Part shown: positions 49,965 through 58,996 of the stretch, piece by piece
Layout of the letters: each line of letters begins with the position of its first letter
How positions within the stretch are numbered: position 1 is the first letter of the stretch
Origin: Puniceicoccaceae bacterium
GTDB taxonomy: Bacteria; Verrucomicrobiota; Verrucomicrobiia; Opitutales; Oceanipulchritudinaceae
DNA length: 64,000 nucleotides
Assembly (NCBI GenBank): GCA_040830765.1
Contig: JBFOMH010000004.1
Span: 128,001 to 192,000, forward strand
Reading direction: 5' to 3'
Notes under the pieces: model-generated
What the model saw: only the letters and a program-made list of their open reading frames with translations
Database searches by the model: none
Told to the model about the DNA's origin: nothing
Made by a program: the position numbers and the translations under genes

Positions 49965-52252
49965 AAATCTGGCTGCTGACATCCGAGACGCCCCTTTACA
50001 ATCCGGGCGGCATCGCGCGTTATGTTGATAACTTCGCCCGTTATCTTTCCGCGGCTGGTCACGAGGTCACTGTCTTTGGACGCGACGACACGGAACGGAG
50101 CCAGGAAATCCTGCCCGGATATACCTATGTCTCTGTTGTCCCGCGCTGGGATCGCTGCGGTGAGACCTGTGATAGTCCCCGACCGGATGATCATCCAGCC
50201 TTTCCCTACAACATTCTCGATTACTGGGGAGCCTTCAGCTACCAGATGGCGGAAACCGTCACTCGACAAATATCGGAACAAGGTCCCCCGGATGTCATTG
50301 AGTCCCAGGAGTACTGTGCCCTGCCGTATTATCTCCTTCAGCAAAAACTGACTGCAGACGGCCCCTTGCGCGACATTCCGGTTGTCGTCAATGCCCACTC
50401 ACCCGATTTTCTGATCCGTGCCTGCAACGAGGAACCGCGGTATCAATTTCCTCACTACTGGACGGGACGGCTCGAGATGGCCTGCCTGCATGCGGCCGAT
50501 GCGATCATTTGTCCCAGTGGATACCTGACCCGGCAACTGGAGGAAATGTTTGGAGGCAGCATCGAGGTATCTCATTTTCCCCTTCCGTGGACGGAACCAG
50601 GTGAACCGGTGGCAATTCCTGAAACCGTAACCGGAAAGGTGGTTTACTTCGGCCGACTTGAAGTCCGGAAAGGGACCCTGAAACTTCTGCAGGAATGTGA
50701 CCGCCTCTGGGATGAGGGATTGGATTTCCAGTTGCACCTGATCGGATCCGATACCCGTTACTACCCGAGGGATTGCACAGTAGGGGAGTGGCTGCAGCGC
50801 AAATACACACGTTGGCTTGAGGCCGGTAAACTGGTTATCCACGGGCAAATGGACCATGCGGAGGTGATGGAGGAGATCCGTAGCGCCGCCTTCACGATCA
50901 TCCCCAGCACCTGGGAGAACTGGCCCAATACCTGTATCGAGGCCATGTCACTGGGCAAGGTGGTTGTCGGATCAACGGATGGCGGTCAGGCTGAAATGAT
51001 CGGCGATGACGAAAGCTGTGGTTTTGTCTTTTCCTGGACCGATGAAGACGGTTTTGCAACCGCCTTCAAAAAGGCCCTTGAGCTCGATCCCGGGCAGCGC
51101 TCCCTCATGGGTGAAAACGCCAGGCAACGCATCGCAGGCTTGTGTTCCCCCGATGTGGTTTTACCCACACGACTGGCTCATTTTGAATCCTTGAAAGGAT
51201 ATCCGGCAAAGGAGCGCTTCCCGTTTGTTAACCGGCACCTGCGTGATTCACGCGCAAAGGCAGATTGGCAGGACATATCCGAAGCGGCCAACCGGGTATC
51301 GATCATCATACCTCACTACAACCTCGGCCAATATCTTGAGGCAGCGGTCGACTCAGCCGTTAATGCCGAGTGGCCGGACAAGGAGATCATTGTTATCGAC
51401 GATGGGAGCAATGAGGAATCGAGCCAGGAGGTTTTGGAAAAATTGGCCGGACAGGACATCCCGGGCCTTCGGATACATCGGCAGAGAAACAGCGGACTTG
51501 CCTCTGCCCGGAACAAGGGTGCGGAGCTGGCTACGGGCGAGTTTCTTCTCCTCCTTGACGCGGATGACCAGATTGAGCCCACCTTTATCAGGAAGTGCGT
51601 GGATGTGCTTCGACGCTACGACAATGTCCACATTGTGTATTCATGGGAACGCTACATCGAGGCAAGCCATGACATCTACCCCTGCTGGAATTTTGAATTT
51701 CCCTACCTCCTGGGCCATAACATGACCTGCCCCATCAGCGTCCTCTACCGGAAGAGCTATCTCACTTATGGCCCGTCAAAGCCCATGATGGCCTATAACT
51801 TTGAGGACTTTGAGCTGTGGATTAACCTGGTCAAGAACGGGTGTGGTGGTGTCGCCCTGACGGAGCCCCTCAGCCTCTACCGCATCCGGGAAAATTCGAT
51901 GTGGCAGGGAAGCCCACGCGAACAGCACCTTTATCTTCAGGACCTGATTGCCGAGGAGCACCCGGATCTCTACCAGCGCTATGGTGCCGAGCTGTTTTGC
52001 CTGCTTAATGCCAACGGGTCCTCCCAGAAATGGATCAAGCCCTCTGCCAACAGCCCGTTTGATGAATACGAGCAGTGGAGTCGGCGCCGGATCACTAACC
52101 TGGAAAAGGAAGCCCGCAAATGGTGGGAGCGCACGGTGGAGACAGAAAAGAAACTCCAGCAGTCCGAGGAGGAAAAACACGCAGTCTGGCTGGAGAAAAA
52201 CCGGCTTGATGAGGCACTGCAGCAGCAGGACGAAGGGAAGTCTCCGTCATGA
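49961..52252 (+). CDS. Bifunctional glycosyltransferase (GT4 + GT2) with coiled-coil tail
   Basis: GGIARY, FGRLEVRKG and PSTWENWPNTCIEAM (GT4); SIIIPHYN, DDGS and LLDADD (GT2). Confidence 0.9.
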   Translation: MKIWLLTSETPLYNPGGIARYVDNFARYLSAAGHEVTVFGRDDTERSQEILPGYTYVSVVPRWDRCGETCDSPRPDDHPAFPYNILDYWGAFSYQMAETVTRQISEQGPPDVIESQEYCALPYYLLQQKLTADGPLRDIPVVVNAHSPDFLIRACNEEPRYQFPHYWTGRLEMACLHAADAIICPSGYLTRQLEEMFGGSIEVSHFPLPWTEPGEPVAIPETVTGKVVYFGRLEVRKGTLKLLQECDRLWDEGLDFQLHLIGSDTRYYPRDCTVGEWLQRKYTRWLEAGKLVIHGQMDHAEVMEEIRSAAFTIIPSTWENWPNTCIEAMSLGKVVVGSTDGGQAEMIGDDESCGFVFSWTDEDGFATAFKKALELDPGQRSLMGENARQRIAGLCSPDVVLPTRLAHFESLKGYPAKERFPFVNRHLRDSRAKADWQDISEAANRVSIIIPHYNLGQYLEAAVDSAVNAEWPDKEIIVIDDGSNEESSQEVLEKLAGQDIPGLRIHRQRNSGLASARNKGAELATGEFLLLLDADDQIEPTFIRKCVDVLRRYDNVHIVYSWERYIEASHDIYPCWNFEFPYLLGHNMTCPISVLYRKSYLTYGPSKPMMAYNFEDFELWINLVKNGCGGVALTEPLSLYRIRENSMWQGSPREQHLYLQDLIAEEHPDLYQRYGAELFCLLNANGSSQKWIKPSANSPFDEYEQWSRRRITNLEKEARKWWERTVETEKKLQQSEEEKHAVWLEKNRLDEALQQQDEGKSPS

Positions 52253-54483
52253 AAATCTGGATACTGACATCCGAGACCCCTCACCACTGGGCTGGAGGTA
52301 TTGCCCGATATGTGGACAATTTTGCCCGGGCCGCCGGCCGCGAGGGGAATGCGGTGACGGTTATTTCCCGAGGCGATGAGGCTGGGGTGAGGGAAGTCTC
52401 CGAGGGCTACCGCCTGGTGGAGTTTGTCCACAGATATGAAGCCTCCCGTCACCCGATTTCCGATATCGAGCCCGATGAGCACCCGGGGTGGCCGTTTAAC
52501 AACATGTGTTACTTCGCGGCCCTGAGCTACCAGTATGTCTGGGAAGTCGAGCGTCTGTTGAAGGAGGAAGGCCCACCTGATATTATTGAATGCCAGGACT
52601 ACGCGGCCTTGGGCTACTTCCTTTTGCAGAAAAAGCTCACCGATAAATCCTTCCTGGGGGATACTCCGGTAGTTGTGCACCTGCACACCCCCGATTTCGC
52701 CGTCCAGCAATTCAACCAGTATCCCCGCTACAAGCTGCCTGATTACTGGATCGGCAGGATGGAACGGGCAGCCATCTGGATGGCCGATGCCCTGCTCAGT
52801 CCGAGTCACTTCATTGCCCGGGAAATCCAGAACTTCGTCGAGGGTGACCTGCCAAAGGTAACCACCATTCCCTATCCCTGGCCGGAGCTCCAGCAAGCGA
52901 CAGAGGCCGGTGCCGGTCAGCGGAACCTCCTTGTCTGCCCGGGTCGCATCGAACTGCGAAAAGGGGTCGAGCCCCTGCTGGCGGCATGTGAAAAACTCTG
53001 GCTGGAGGGTGCCAGCTTTACCATGGAGATGGTGGGTGGCGATGTGCACACTCCCCTCAAGGGAGGAAGCCTGACAACCTTCCTCAAAAAGAAGTACGCC
53101 CACCGGATCGAAGCTGGTAACCTTGTCTTTACCGGGGCCTTGCCCCACGCCGACTGTGTCCAGAAGATGTCCCAGGCGGCAGCCATCGTTATTCCCAGCC
53201 TTTGGGAAAACTTTCCCAACACCTGCATTGAGGCCATGTCGCTCGGCAAGGTAGTGGTGGCCTCGGAGCAGGGTGGCCAGGCAGAAATGGTGGGCCCGGA
53301 TGGCTCCTGCGGGTTGACCTTCTCCCATCATGAGGAGGGTTCCCTGGAAAAGGCCCTGCTCAAGGCGCTGGCCATGGATGGGCCGGAGCGGGAGGCCATG
53401 GGGCACGCGGCAGCGGAGCGGATTGAGTCCCTCTGTTCCCTTTCCTCTGTCCTACCGGCCAGGTTGCAGCATTTTCAGGAAGTCATTGAAAGCTATCGTC
53501 CGAAAGCCACTTATCCATTCGTCAACGAGGCGCTTCGGGAGAGTTCAGCAGCCCCAACCTTGCCGGAGGATCCCCTGATCAGTGTAGTGATTCCCTACTA
53601 CAACCTTGGGAAATATCTACAGGAGTGCATCGACTCTGTCTATGCCAGCGAGGGGTCGCGGTTTGAAGTGGTTATTGTCAATGACGGTTCAAATGACCCA
53701 CAGAGCCTCGAGGCGCTGGAGATGATCCGTCAGGGGGACTATGCCGGCCTGCGGATCCTCGATATTCCCAACGGCGGACTGGCCAATGCCCGGAATGTCG
53801 GGGCAGAGGCGGCTTCCGGCGAACTGGTGGCCTTTGTCGATGCGGATGACAGGGTGGGGCCCCGTTTTCTGGCCCGGGCCACGGCAGTCATGCAGCGCTA
53901 CAGTAATGTTCACCTGGTCTATTCCTGGGTGCGGTTCTTTGATGGGGGCCTGGGCATATGGCATTCATGGTCCTTTGATCTGCCCTATCTCCTCTGCCAC
54001 AACCAACTGGTCCCCATCGCCATGGTGCGCCGTGACACCTTCCTCAAGCACGGGCGCAACAAGTCCCATATCATTTATGGACTGGAGGACCTTGAGGGGT
54101 GGATATCGCTCGCCGAGGCAGGTTGTGGCGGGGTCGCCATCCCTGAACCACTGGTCCAGTACCGCATCCGCGGCGATTCCATGTTCAAGGCGATCGAGCC
54201 GGACAAGAAACTTTATCTCTACGACTTGATATCCGCCGAGCATCCGGATCTCTATGCCCGTTACGGGCTAGAGCTCTTTAATCTGCAGAACGCCAACGGA
54301 CCTGCCTTCGGATGGGACCAGCCGACCATGTTCCGCGCGCCGCAAGAGCGACTCCTGGGGCAATTGGAAAAGCTATCTCAGCTGGAGCAGCAAAACAAGG
54401 TCCTCCTTGAAGCCGAGGCCTGGTACCGCAAAACCTTTGCCGGGGAAATTGAAGCCCTGGAAAAGGAACAGTCCGGGGAATAG
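52249..54483 (+). CDS. Bifunctional glycosyltransferase (GT4 + GT2), paralog of the upstream gene
   Basis: GGIARY, GRIELRKG, PSLWENFPNTCIEAM; SVVIPYYN, NDGS, FVDADD. Confidence 0.9.
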   Translation: MKIWILTSETPHHWAGGIARYVDNFARAAGREGNAVTVISRGDEAGVREVSEGYRLVEFVHRYEASRHPISDIEPDEHPGWPFNNMCYFAALSYQYVWEVERLLKEEGPPDIIECQDYAALGYFLLQKKLTDKSFLGDTPVVVHLHTPDFAVQQFNQYPRYKLPDYWIGRMERAAIWMADALLSPSHFIAREIQNFVEGDLPKVTTIPYPWPELQQATEAGAGQRNLLVCPGRIELRKGVEPLLAACEKLWLEGASFTMEMVGGDVHTPLKGGSLTTFLKKKYAHRIEAGNLVFTGALPHADCVQKMSQAAAIVIPSLWENFPNTCIEAMSLGKVVVASEQGGQAEMVGPDGSCGLTFSHHEEGSLEKALLKALAMDGPEREAMGHAAAERIESLCSLSSVLPARLQHFQEVIESYRPKATYPFVNEALRESSAAPTLPEDPLISVVIPYYNLGKYLQECIDSVYASEGSRFEVVIVNDGSNDPQSLEALEMIRQGDYAGLRILDIPNGGLANARNVGAEAASGELVAFVDADDRVGPRFLARATAVMQRYSNVHLVYSWVRFFDGGLGIWHSWSFDLPYLLCHNQLVPIAMVRRDTFLKHGRNKSHIIYGLEDLEGWISLAEAGCGGVAIPEPLVQYRIRGDSMFKAIEPDKKLYLYDLISAEHPDLYARYGLELFNLQNANGPAFGWDQPTMFRAPQERLLGQLEKLSQLEQQNKVLLEAEAWYRKTFAGEIEALEKEQSGE

Positions 54484-54517
54484 CCGGATACATGGGCAAT
54501 GATGGGCTGGAGGTGAA

Positions 54518-56629
54518 TCACCAGCGGGTGAATTCGAAGCGGTGCAGGGCAATGCCCAATTTCCTGGAATCTTCCCCGATACCAAGCGAGGCCGGTGAAA
54601 TGGAATCCGGAGTTTCAATTCTTAAAATCCTGGCATCCTTCTGAATCGGCAACGACAGAGTGACGGGGGGATCTCGAAAGGAGATTACAGAATTAAAAAT
54701 CTCCTCCTCACCCAATGTCAGGCGAACCCGTTGCTCTGGATGGGAATCCGGGGTGTAAGCTCGAAATTCAAGGTTCAGCCAGAGGGGATAGTCTTCCTCC
54801 GCATACTCCGGTATGATGATGACCGCATCTTTGGAAATACTCCAGATACCCCATTCCTCTTTTACGGACCAACCCTTTAGGGTCAGACCTTCAAGGATAG
54901 CGGGACTTTCCTGTAGCAGGTCCCTGCCGATCCAATAACCCTGGCTCTTTTTCTCCAACCAGAAATAATTTTGACGATTGTCAATTTCGGGCAGCGGTTG
55001 TCCCCAAACACCATTATCGAAATCAAAAAAATAGAGTTTTCCGCTGATGCTATTCAGAGCAGCCCAAAGAAGGGCATTTGAGAAAACATCCGGGGCATTA
55101 AGGTCTCTCAAACTCCAGTCGGGTGGATAAAAACCCGACCGCCCTCCACAAACAGGCATATTCCAGTGCTGGGCGTAACTTATACCGCCCGACTGGATGG
55201 TATAAATTTCGTATTCATCTGCGCTTCGGGAATACGGAACAAATGCGGTGGCATCAACCGGAGGCTCCGGAAGGTTTTCCAGTGCCTTCAGCAGTTCAGT
55301 CCGATTCATATGAGTGTTGGGAGTCAGTTGTATTTGCTCGGCAAGAAGTGAAATGGAAAGAAGCGCAACCAACAGGACTCCGGCCCTTTTTTGGAATTGG
55401 CAAGCCAGCTCACGCAAGCCCCACAGGATGACCGGGATGGCCGGAACCACCAGGAAAACCATGAATCGAATGCCCACCCGGATTGCATCCGCGCCGGGCA
55501 CCACTGAGTAAGGCAGTATCCAAAAGCTCAACAGGCCAAGGCGCATTGTCATCAGGAAGCTGATTATCAGGGCAATCCCGGTAACAAGGTACCAGGCCTC
55601 CCGGTCTGTGCGAAGGGCCCAGCGTCTTCTCCAGAGGACAATGCCGGTGGCAACCACCAACACGGCAAAGATCGGGGTAGGGCCCAGCTCCAGTTCCCAT
55701 GGCTTAAAGCCGTTGTATTCGGGTAGGTGGCCGTTGATTTTACCCCACAACAGGTTGGATTCGCTGTGGTTGATGAAGTCCCAGGGATAGGGGAGTGACT
55801 TGATAGACTCGCCCAGGGTCCGGCCCCCCTGTGAAACCCGGACCGGCAAGTAGGTTATGAGGAACAGGCTCAGCCAGCCAGCCGCGATCAGAATTCCTGG
55901 AAAAAATTGCAGCCACAGGCCGGGCAGGCGTTTCAGCTCCTCCCGGATGCGCCCTATATCCAGAAGACAGACCGCCGCGAGGAACCAGACAATGAGAAAG
56001 AGGAAACAAAACCAGGCGATATAAAAGGTGCTGTAAGCCACCAAACCATAAAGCAGGCATAAGCCTGCAAAGGAGAAAAAGAGTCGCCGCGGGTTGCTTT
56101 TAAAATCCTGCCATGCCTGCTCGAGAAGGACAGCCACCCATGGCATGAGCCATACGGCCTGCAGCTGGATGTGGGTATTCCTTGAGCTGATGTAAACAGG
56201 CGAGGCAACCAGGAGGAGAATCGAGCCGAGAAGCACGAGAACGAATCCCAGCTTCCGGTAGCGGGAAAGCCAGATAAACATGCCTGCGAACCCAGTAGCG
56301 GCACAGGCCATCTGGGTCATTTGAAAAGCCAGGAAAGGATCCAGTCCGGCAAGGCGAAATACGGAATGGACCATCCCACCGAGAAGGAACGTGTCCGTAT
56401 ACCCGAGAACATGCTCTACCGGATAAAAAAACCCCAACTCAAACCACCCCTCCTTGCCCTGGAGCACCCGGAACCAATGCTCATGCAGGCAAGCTATCAG
56501 GCGTCCGTCCCGCAAATCCCCGACAATCCATTTTCCACCTGAGAGGATGAAGTACCGGAAAAACAGAAACAGTCCGGTCAGGCCGGCCAGCAAAACCATG
56601 ACTGTCTTGATTATCCAGTGCCAGCGCAT
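54518..56629 (-). CDS. Polytopic membrane protein, probable GT-C (lipid-phosphate-sugar-dependent) glycosyltransferase with a C-terminal beta domain
   Basis: More than 10 TM helices; GD.R..R and FFYP...LGYTD in the first periplasmic loop; located in a GtrB-like cassette. ATG at 56629 preferred. Confidence 0.65.
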   Translation of the reverse strand: MRWHWIIKTVMVLLAGLTGLFLFFRYFILSGGKWIVGDLRDGRLIACLHEHWFRVLQGKEGWFELGFFYPVEHVLGYTDTFLLGGMVHSVFRLAGLDPFLAFQMTQMACAATGFAGMFIWLSRYRKLGFVLVLLGSILLLVASPVYISSRNTHIQLQAVWLMPWVAVLLEQAWQDFKSNPRRLFFSFAGLCLLYGLVAYSTFYIAWFCFLFLIVWFLAAVCLLDIGRIREELKRLPGLWLQFFPGILIAAGWLSLFLITYLPVRVSQGGRTLGESIKSLPYPWDFINHSESNLLWGKINGHLPEYNGFKPWELELGPTPIFAVLVVATGIVLWRRRWALRTDREAWYLVTGIALIISFLMTMRLGLLSFWILPYSVVPGADAIRVGIRFMVFLVVPAIPVILWGLRELACQFQKRAGVLLVALLSISLLAEQIQLTPNTHMNRTELLKALENLPEPPVDATAFVPYSRSADEYEIYTIQSGGISYAQHWNMPVCGGRSGFYPPDWSLRDLNAPDVFSNALLWAALNSISGKLYFFDFDNGVWGQPLPEIDNRQNYFWLEKKSQGYWIGRDLLQESPAILEGLTLKGWSVKEEWGIWSISKDAVIIIPEYAEEDYPLWLNLEFRAYTPDSHPEQRVRLTLGEEEIFNSVISFRDPPVTLSLPIQKDARILRIETPDSISPASLGIGEDSRKLGIALHRFEFTRW

Positions 56630-56645
56630 TGAGGAACCTTTCGAA

Positions 56646-58007
56646 CTAAAAGCCGATTTGCGCCGAAAGGCTGCGGTTGGCCGGTACCTCCGGAGCATCT
56701 ATCTTCATGACCTTCAGGGCCTCCGAGGCCACCCGGATGGAGTTGTTTACCGAACGCTCATCCGGATAGATATGTGCCATGCTGGCGATGAAGAGGCCAC
56801 CTACCGGGGATTGGCACTGCGGTACCCGGGTGGCGAAGTTAAGGTCGCAAACGGTCGCTGCGGTTTCAGTCCGGAATACGTGGACACTCTTTAAGTGCGA
56901 CGGACTGAATTCCGGGGAAAGCCTTGGTAGCTCGGCCAGCATCAGCGCTTCCAACTCGGCCTTGGAAAGGCGGGCAATCTCCTCCTGCTTGGAAAAGTAG
57001 CGCGAGAGATAAGCGATATGGCTCCCGCCATAGTTTTCCGGACCGATAAAGTTGGTCTGCTCAATAACCCCGCCGAAGGGAAAGCCGGGATCGGCAACAT
57101 TCAGCCAATACACCGGTACCAAGGGCCGGTCCATCTCCAGGATCGTGCAGACTGCTCCAAAGTACTCGATGCCGGCCAGCTGCCTTGCATAGTCGGGCCG
57201 CTCCTGCTCAAGCAAAGGGGCCAGCCTGTTGGTTGGAATGGTTGAGAGGAATGCGTGGCTGCTGAAAGAGCCCTTGGGCGTCGTCACACCCTTCAGGGAG
57301 CCATTCACAATTTGCATGGACAGGACGGGGGCATCGGCAACCAGCTCGACGCCGTTCTGCCGGAGCTTATCAAGCAGGGTGTCGAGCAAGCGCCCAAGGC
57401 TTCCCTCAAGATACCCCAGCCGCTCCTCCCCAGCGCTCTTGCGCGAGGCCATCCGCTGTCTCAACCGCCCGATCATCCAGCGTAAGGGAACCTGGTCCGC
57501 ATAGGGGCCAAATTTGATCTGCAGCATTGGATTCCAGATCGCTTCCGCCGATCCTTTGCCGGCCCAGCGATGCAGCCAGGACTGGGCGGAAACTGCTTCA
57601 CCGCCACCTGGTGAGGCCAGCCGTCCAAGATAATAACTGGATGCCGCAAACCTGAATTTATCCGGCCAGTTGAGCGGTTTGAAACCGATCAGATCACGAG
57701 GGCCGTTGAAGGGAAATACCTGTCCGTTCCGGAATACCCCCATCGTGCTGGGATGGAAGATGAGGTGCTTCTCCAGCTCCAATTCCTTCAACAACCAGAG
57801 GATTTCCGCATCATGGGTGAAAAAGTGATGGTAATAATGTTCCAGCCGGTTGCCACCGATCTCAAAGGTGCTCAGCAGTCCGCCAAAGTTGGAACTGCCC
57901 TCAAGGACCCGCACGCGCTTGCCTTTACTGCTGGCCAGGTAGGCGGCTGTCAGTCCGGTTATACCGCCGCCAATGATAGTCAGGTCAGTTGATTCGTCGC
58001 TGGGCAT
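56646..58007 (-). CDS. FAD-dependent oxidoreductase (amine oxidase/HemY-like family, glycan-locus type)
   Basis: IIGGGITGL..A, GGL, EHYYHHFF, IYPDERSVN. Confidence 0.85.
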   Translation of the reverse strand: MPSDESTDLTIIGGGITGLTAAYLASSKGKRVRVLEGSSNFGGLLSTFEIGGNRLEHYYHHFFTHDAEILWLLKELELEKHLIFHPSTMGVFRNGQVFPFNGPRDLIGFKPLNWPDKFRFAASSYYLGRLASPGGGEAVSAQSWLHRWAGKGSAEAIWNPMLQIKFGPYADQVPLRWMIGRLRQRMASRKSAGEERLGYLEGSLGRLLDTLLDKLRQNGVELVADAPVLSMQIVNGSLKGVTTPKGSFSSHAFLSTIPTNRLAPLLEQERPDYARQLAGIEYFGAVCTILEMDRPLVPVYWLNVADPGFPFGGVIEQTNFIGPENYGGSHIAYLSRYFSKQEEIARLSKAELEALMLAELPRLSPEFSPSHLKSVHVFRTETAATVCDLNFATRVPQCQSPVGGLFIASMAHIYPDERSVNNSIRVASEALKVMKIDAPEVPANRSLSAQIGF

Positions 58008-58016
58008 AAATTGGGC

Positions 58017-58982
58017 TCAGGTGGGTTTAACGTCGTCGATACCCTGTGTTTCACGAATGATCCAAGGTGGCCGTTGTTTAACTTCCTCGAATATCCGTAC
58101 CAGATACTCGCCGACGATCCCGAGGCAAATCAATTGGACCCCTCCCAGGAATAGAATGGCAATGACGATTGTGGCAAACCCCGGCACCGGAGCAAGGCCG
58201 ATGAGGGCAAACTGTTCGGCGAATACTCGTTGCAGAAAGGTAAAGATGACTCCTGCCAACGAGATCAGGGAAATCCAAAAACCCATATGGGAGGCTAATC
58301 GCAGCGGCAGGCCGGAAAAATTGAAAATACCGTCCGCCGCCAGCTTGATAAGCTTCTGGAAGTTGTACTTGGCTTCCCCGGCTGCCCGGGAATGTCGTTC
58401 ATAGGGCACACCCACTTGTTTGAAGCCGCTCCATGCCCGAAGACCGCGCAGGAAACGGTTTCTTTCCGGCATGTTGTTGATGACCGCCACAACCTTCGCA
58501 TCCATGAGACAGAAGTCCCCTGAATCGAGGGGGATTTCAATGGAGACCAGTTTTCTCATGAGCCGGTAGAAGCCCCAGTAGCAAAGTCGTTTCAGTGGTC
58601 CCTCTTTCCGTTTTTCGCGAATGGCATAGACAACCTCGGCCCCGTCCTTCCAGGTATCGATAAACCGGTGCAGTTCCTCGGGCGGATCCTGCAGATCCGC
58701 ATCCATCAGGAGAACTGCATCCGCATCGGTGGAATGTAACAAGCCCGCCGAAAGGGCGCTTTGATGACCAAAATTCCGCGAGAAGGAGAGAGCCTTCCAT
58801 CTGGGATCCTGGCGATGCTGCTCTGTCAGCAGTTTCCAGGTGGCGTCGCTTGAGCCGTCATCGACACAGATCACCTCCCAGTTCAAATCCCAGGATTCGG
58901 CCGCCCGGGTGAGCCGGTCAAACAACAGGGGAAGTACCGCTTCCTCGTTAAAGCAGGGGATGACGATATTAATTTTTTTCAT
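58017..58982 (-). CDS. GtrB/ArnC-like polyprenol-phosphate glycosyltransferase (GT2)
   Basis: VIPCFNEE, DDGS, SRNFGHQ, MDADLQDPP, RFLRG, and two C-terminal TM helices ending GIVGEYL. Confidence 0.92.
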   Translation of the reverse strand: MKKINIVIPCFNEEAVLPLLFDRLTRAAESWDLNWEVICVDDGSSDATWKLLTEQHRQDPRWKALSFSRNFGHQSALSAGLLHSTDADAVLLMDADLQDPPEELHRFIDTWKDGAEVVYAIREKRKEGPLKRLCYWGFYRLMRKLVSIEIPLDSGDFCLMDAKVVAVINNMPERNRFLRGLRAWSGFKQVGVPYERHSRAAGEAKYNFQKLIKLAADGIFNFSGLPLRLASHMGFWISLISLAGVIFTFLQRVFAEQFALIGLAPVPGFATIVIAILFLGGVQLICLGIVGEYLVRIFEEVKQRPPWIIRETQGIDDVKPT

Positions 58983-58996
58983 TTCCTGTCAGGGGT

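Noticed and set aside
56646..58007. Protoporphyrinogen oxidase (hemY/hemG) call
   Set aside because: Only the general FAD fold is shared, and the context is glycan modification with no heme genes.
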